DNA of 63,761 nucleotides, counting the filler, from Squatina squatina (taxonomy: Eukaryota): NCBI GenBank assembly GCA_031763465.1. It is 4 parts of 3 records of this genome, joined end to end, with 100 filler letters (N's around TTAATTAATTAA, not from the genome) between each part and the next. Parts side by side here need not be neighbours in the genome. Positions count along the whole stretch, not along the records: positions 51,698 to 63,761 come from JARFOE010000013.1; 3 more parts are not named here. One strand, 5' to 3'. Made by a program: the position numbers and the translations under genes. Shown here in pieces: positions 61,591-63,761 of this stretch; the first letter of the stretch is position 1; each line of letters starts with the position of its first letter. The notes under the pieces were generated by a model. That model had not been told where the DNA came from. It saw only the letters and a list, made by a program, of their open reading frames with translations, and ran no database searches.

Positions 61591-63194
61591 TTGAGAATTA
61601 GCGCCCCTTCTTCATCCACATCNNNNNNNNNNNNNNNNNNNNNNNNNNNNNNNNNNNNNNNNNNNNNNNNNNNNNNNNNNNNNNNNNNNNNNNNNNNNNN
61701 NNNNNNNNNNNNNNNNNNNNNNAAAATTGCTAGAGGTGATTCAGGAGATTCATCTATGAACTGTGAGATGGTAAATGTGATAGCAGCTTACAACTTCACA
61801 AAAGACCAGCGAATCTGAAATTATACTCACTTTATTTCAACTATCTAACTATCATGTCACATGGTTTACATACAGCATTGACAAGTGCCCATATGCACTC
61901 AACACCCAAGTGAGCTGTGCAGCCACTTCCTGATATCCCAGTGACTCCATCCACTTCCATAATGTGTTACTGAGTACACTCACACCATCATCTTTCCCAT
62001 GTTCATTACTTCCTTCTACTCTTGCATCAAGAGAATTAGAAAATACTATATAGAAGTCAGGGAAATGCCAGTGTCCTCCATAATCATCCCTATTGTAGGA
62101 ACTCCAAAGTAAACCATCTCATGACACTTAAGGTACCAGCAACAGAATGACTACAATTTCAGATTTATTGGTCTTTTGTGAAACTATTTCCCCAATATCA
62201 AATTTACCATTACACAGTTAAGATACACAGCTCCTGAAACAGCACTCAGTAATTACACCAGCACACCTTTGTAGTACTGATGGTAAAATTGGAGTTTTGG
62301 TTCAAATCAAATCTTGTCAGCTCACACTAGATACATTTGCCATATCTGTATAAACTTTAAAGTGGGCGTCATGAGATGAGAATCCAACACGAGGCATGCA
62401 TCACTGATCAGACAAGTGTTAGCAACAGCATTATCCAGCAGATGGCAGGATTGCATATTTGTAAAGGACAGGTAAAATTAAGAGCGATCATGAAAACAAT
62501 TGCTTGATAACCAATTTGTTAAAGGAAGTATTGGAACTGCAACATAAAACACCAGAAATGCAAAATTAAACATAAATGGAGAGCAAATTGAAAGTGAAAA
62601 AAGGAAGCTTGTTGCAAAACCACTTTGCACTCAAAAAGTAGTATAATTAGCCCATGTTACTTTCAATATTTCTTTCTGTTGGTCTTCTATGCCATGCACT
62701 ATTCCCAACTATAAGGCAACCTGCTCCCAGGCCTCCCAACACTATTCTGGATTTATCTGCCCAAAGATTGCCAAGGACTGTTCATCTTCCAATTTTCTCT
62801 GCTATCCTGTTACATCCTACAGGAAAAGAGAGATAAGCAATTAATTGAATAAGGAATAATTGCTCAAATTCCTCTTCTTTCTATGAGAAACCATGGCTTG
62901 AACCTCTGACCTTAGCAGGTGAGTGCCCCAGTGTGTTGCATCATCAGGCTTACCCAAACAGGGAAACATTTGGGCAGCACTAATGGCCTGCTTTCAAATG
63001 ACCATCCCCAAAACTGCAGGAATACTAACATTAGTGGTCACTAACATAACATAACTAATACAACATGCTATTTTTTTTTTTTATACACAGTCATGATGTG
63101 GACTTGAGTATAGAATCATAACTTAAAAGTTTTCAGGTCACACAAAACAGTAAACAGTGGCAAACTTCAGGAGGACATNNNNNNNNNNACGCAT

Positions 63195-63761
63195 TTTAAA
63201 AAAAAAATTAGTTCATGGGATGTGGGCGTAGCTGGCACGGTCAACATTTATTGCCCATCCCTAATTGCCCTGGAGAAGGTGGTGGTGAACCGCTGCAGTC
63301 TGTGTGGTGAAGGTACTCCCATAGTGCTGATAGGTAGGGAGTTCCATGATTTTGACCCAGCTCAAATCTTTATATGAATCTTTGAAGGTGGCAGGACAAG
63401 TTCATAAAGCAGTTAATAAAGCATACAGGACCCATGGCTTTAAGAGAGAGCATACAAAAGCAAAAAAAGTTATGCTAGACTTTTATAAATCACTGGTTAG
63501 GCCTCAGCTGCAGTACCCACACTATAGGAAGGATGTCAAGGCATTAAAGAAAATGCAGAGGAGATTTATTAGAATGCTACCAGGGATGAAAGACTTCAGT
63601 TATGTGGAGAATAGAGAAGCTGGTACTGTTCTCCTTAAAGCCAAGAAGGTGATTTAAGAGGTGTTCAAAATTATAAGGGGTTTTGATAGAGTAGGTAAGA
63701 AGAAACTGTTTCCACTGGCAAAGATAGATAATTGGCAAAAGAGGGGAGATCAAAAGAAATA
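63195..63761. mobile_element. Two abutting CR1 fragments (minus-strand 3' end 63195-63360; plus-strand RT C-terminal region 63362-63761)
   Basis: ESLKVAGQVHKAVNKAY...FYKSLVRPQLQY...RKDVKAL.KMQRRFIRMLPGMKDFSY. Confidence 0.85.

Overview
Fragmentary vertebrate genomic DNA. The repeat content (CR1, L2, RTE and Tx1 LINEs, Deu-domain and other tRNA-derived SINEs, Harbinger, Penelope) and the exon sequences point to a cartilaginous fish, most likely a shark; this is inference. The window is not one locus. Three artificial spacers (44 N + TTAATTAATTAA + 44 N at 22442-22541, 35276-35375, 51598-51697) join four separate scaffolds, each built of small contigs separated mostly by nominal 100-N gaps. Segment 1 holds three PLCB1 exons (+). 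Segment 2 looks intronic, with Harbinger remnants, a clean 18-nt microexon candidate and two other candidate exons of an unidentified + strand gene. Segment 3 holds the TK2 last exon, an unidentified terminal exon, a DYNC1LI2 exon, a probable TERB1 exon (all -) and a ~590-codon acidic low-complexity ORF (+). Segment 4 holds the FBXO43 (Emi2) last exon, an RGS22 exon and an Ig C1-set exon (all +). Gene calls come from remembered protein motifs plus splice signals, not from database searches. I found no convincing new multi-gene system. The best leads are the orphan acidic ORF, the microexon, a hammerhead-like motif in a Penelope palindrome, the unidentified terminal exon and the Ig C1 exon.
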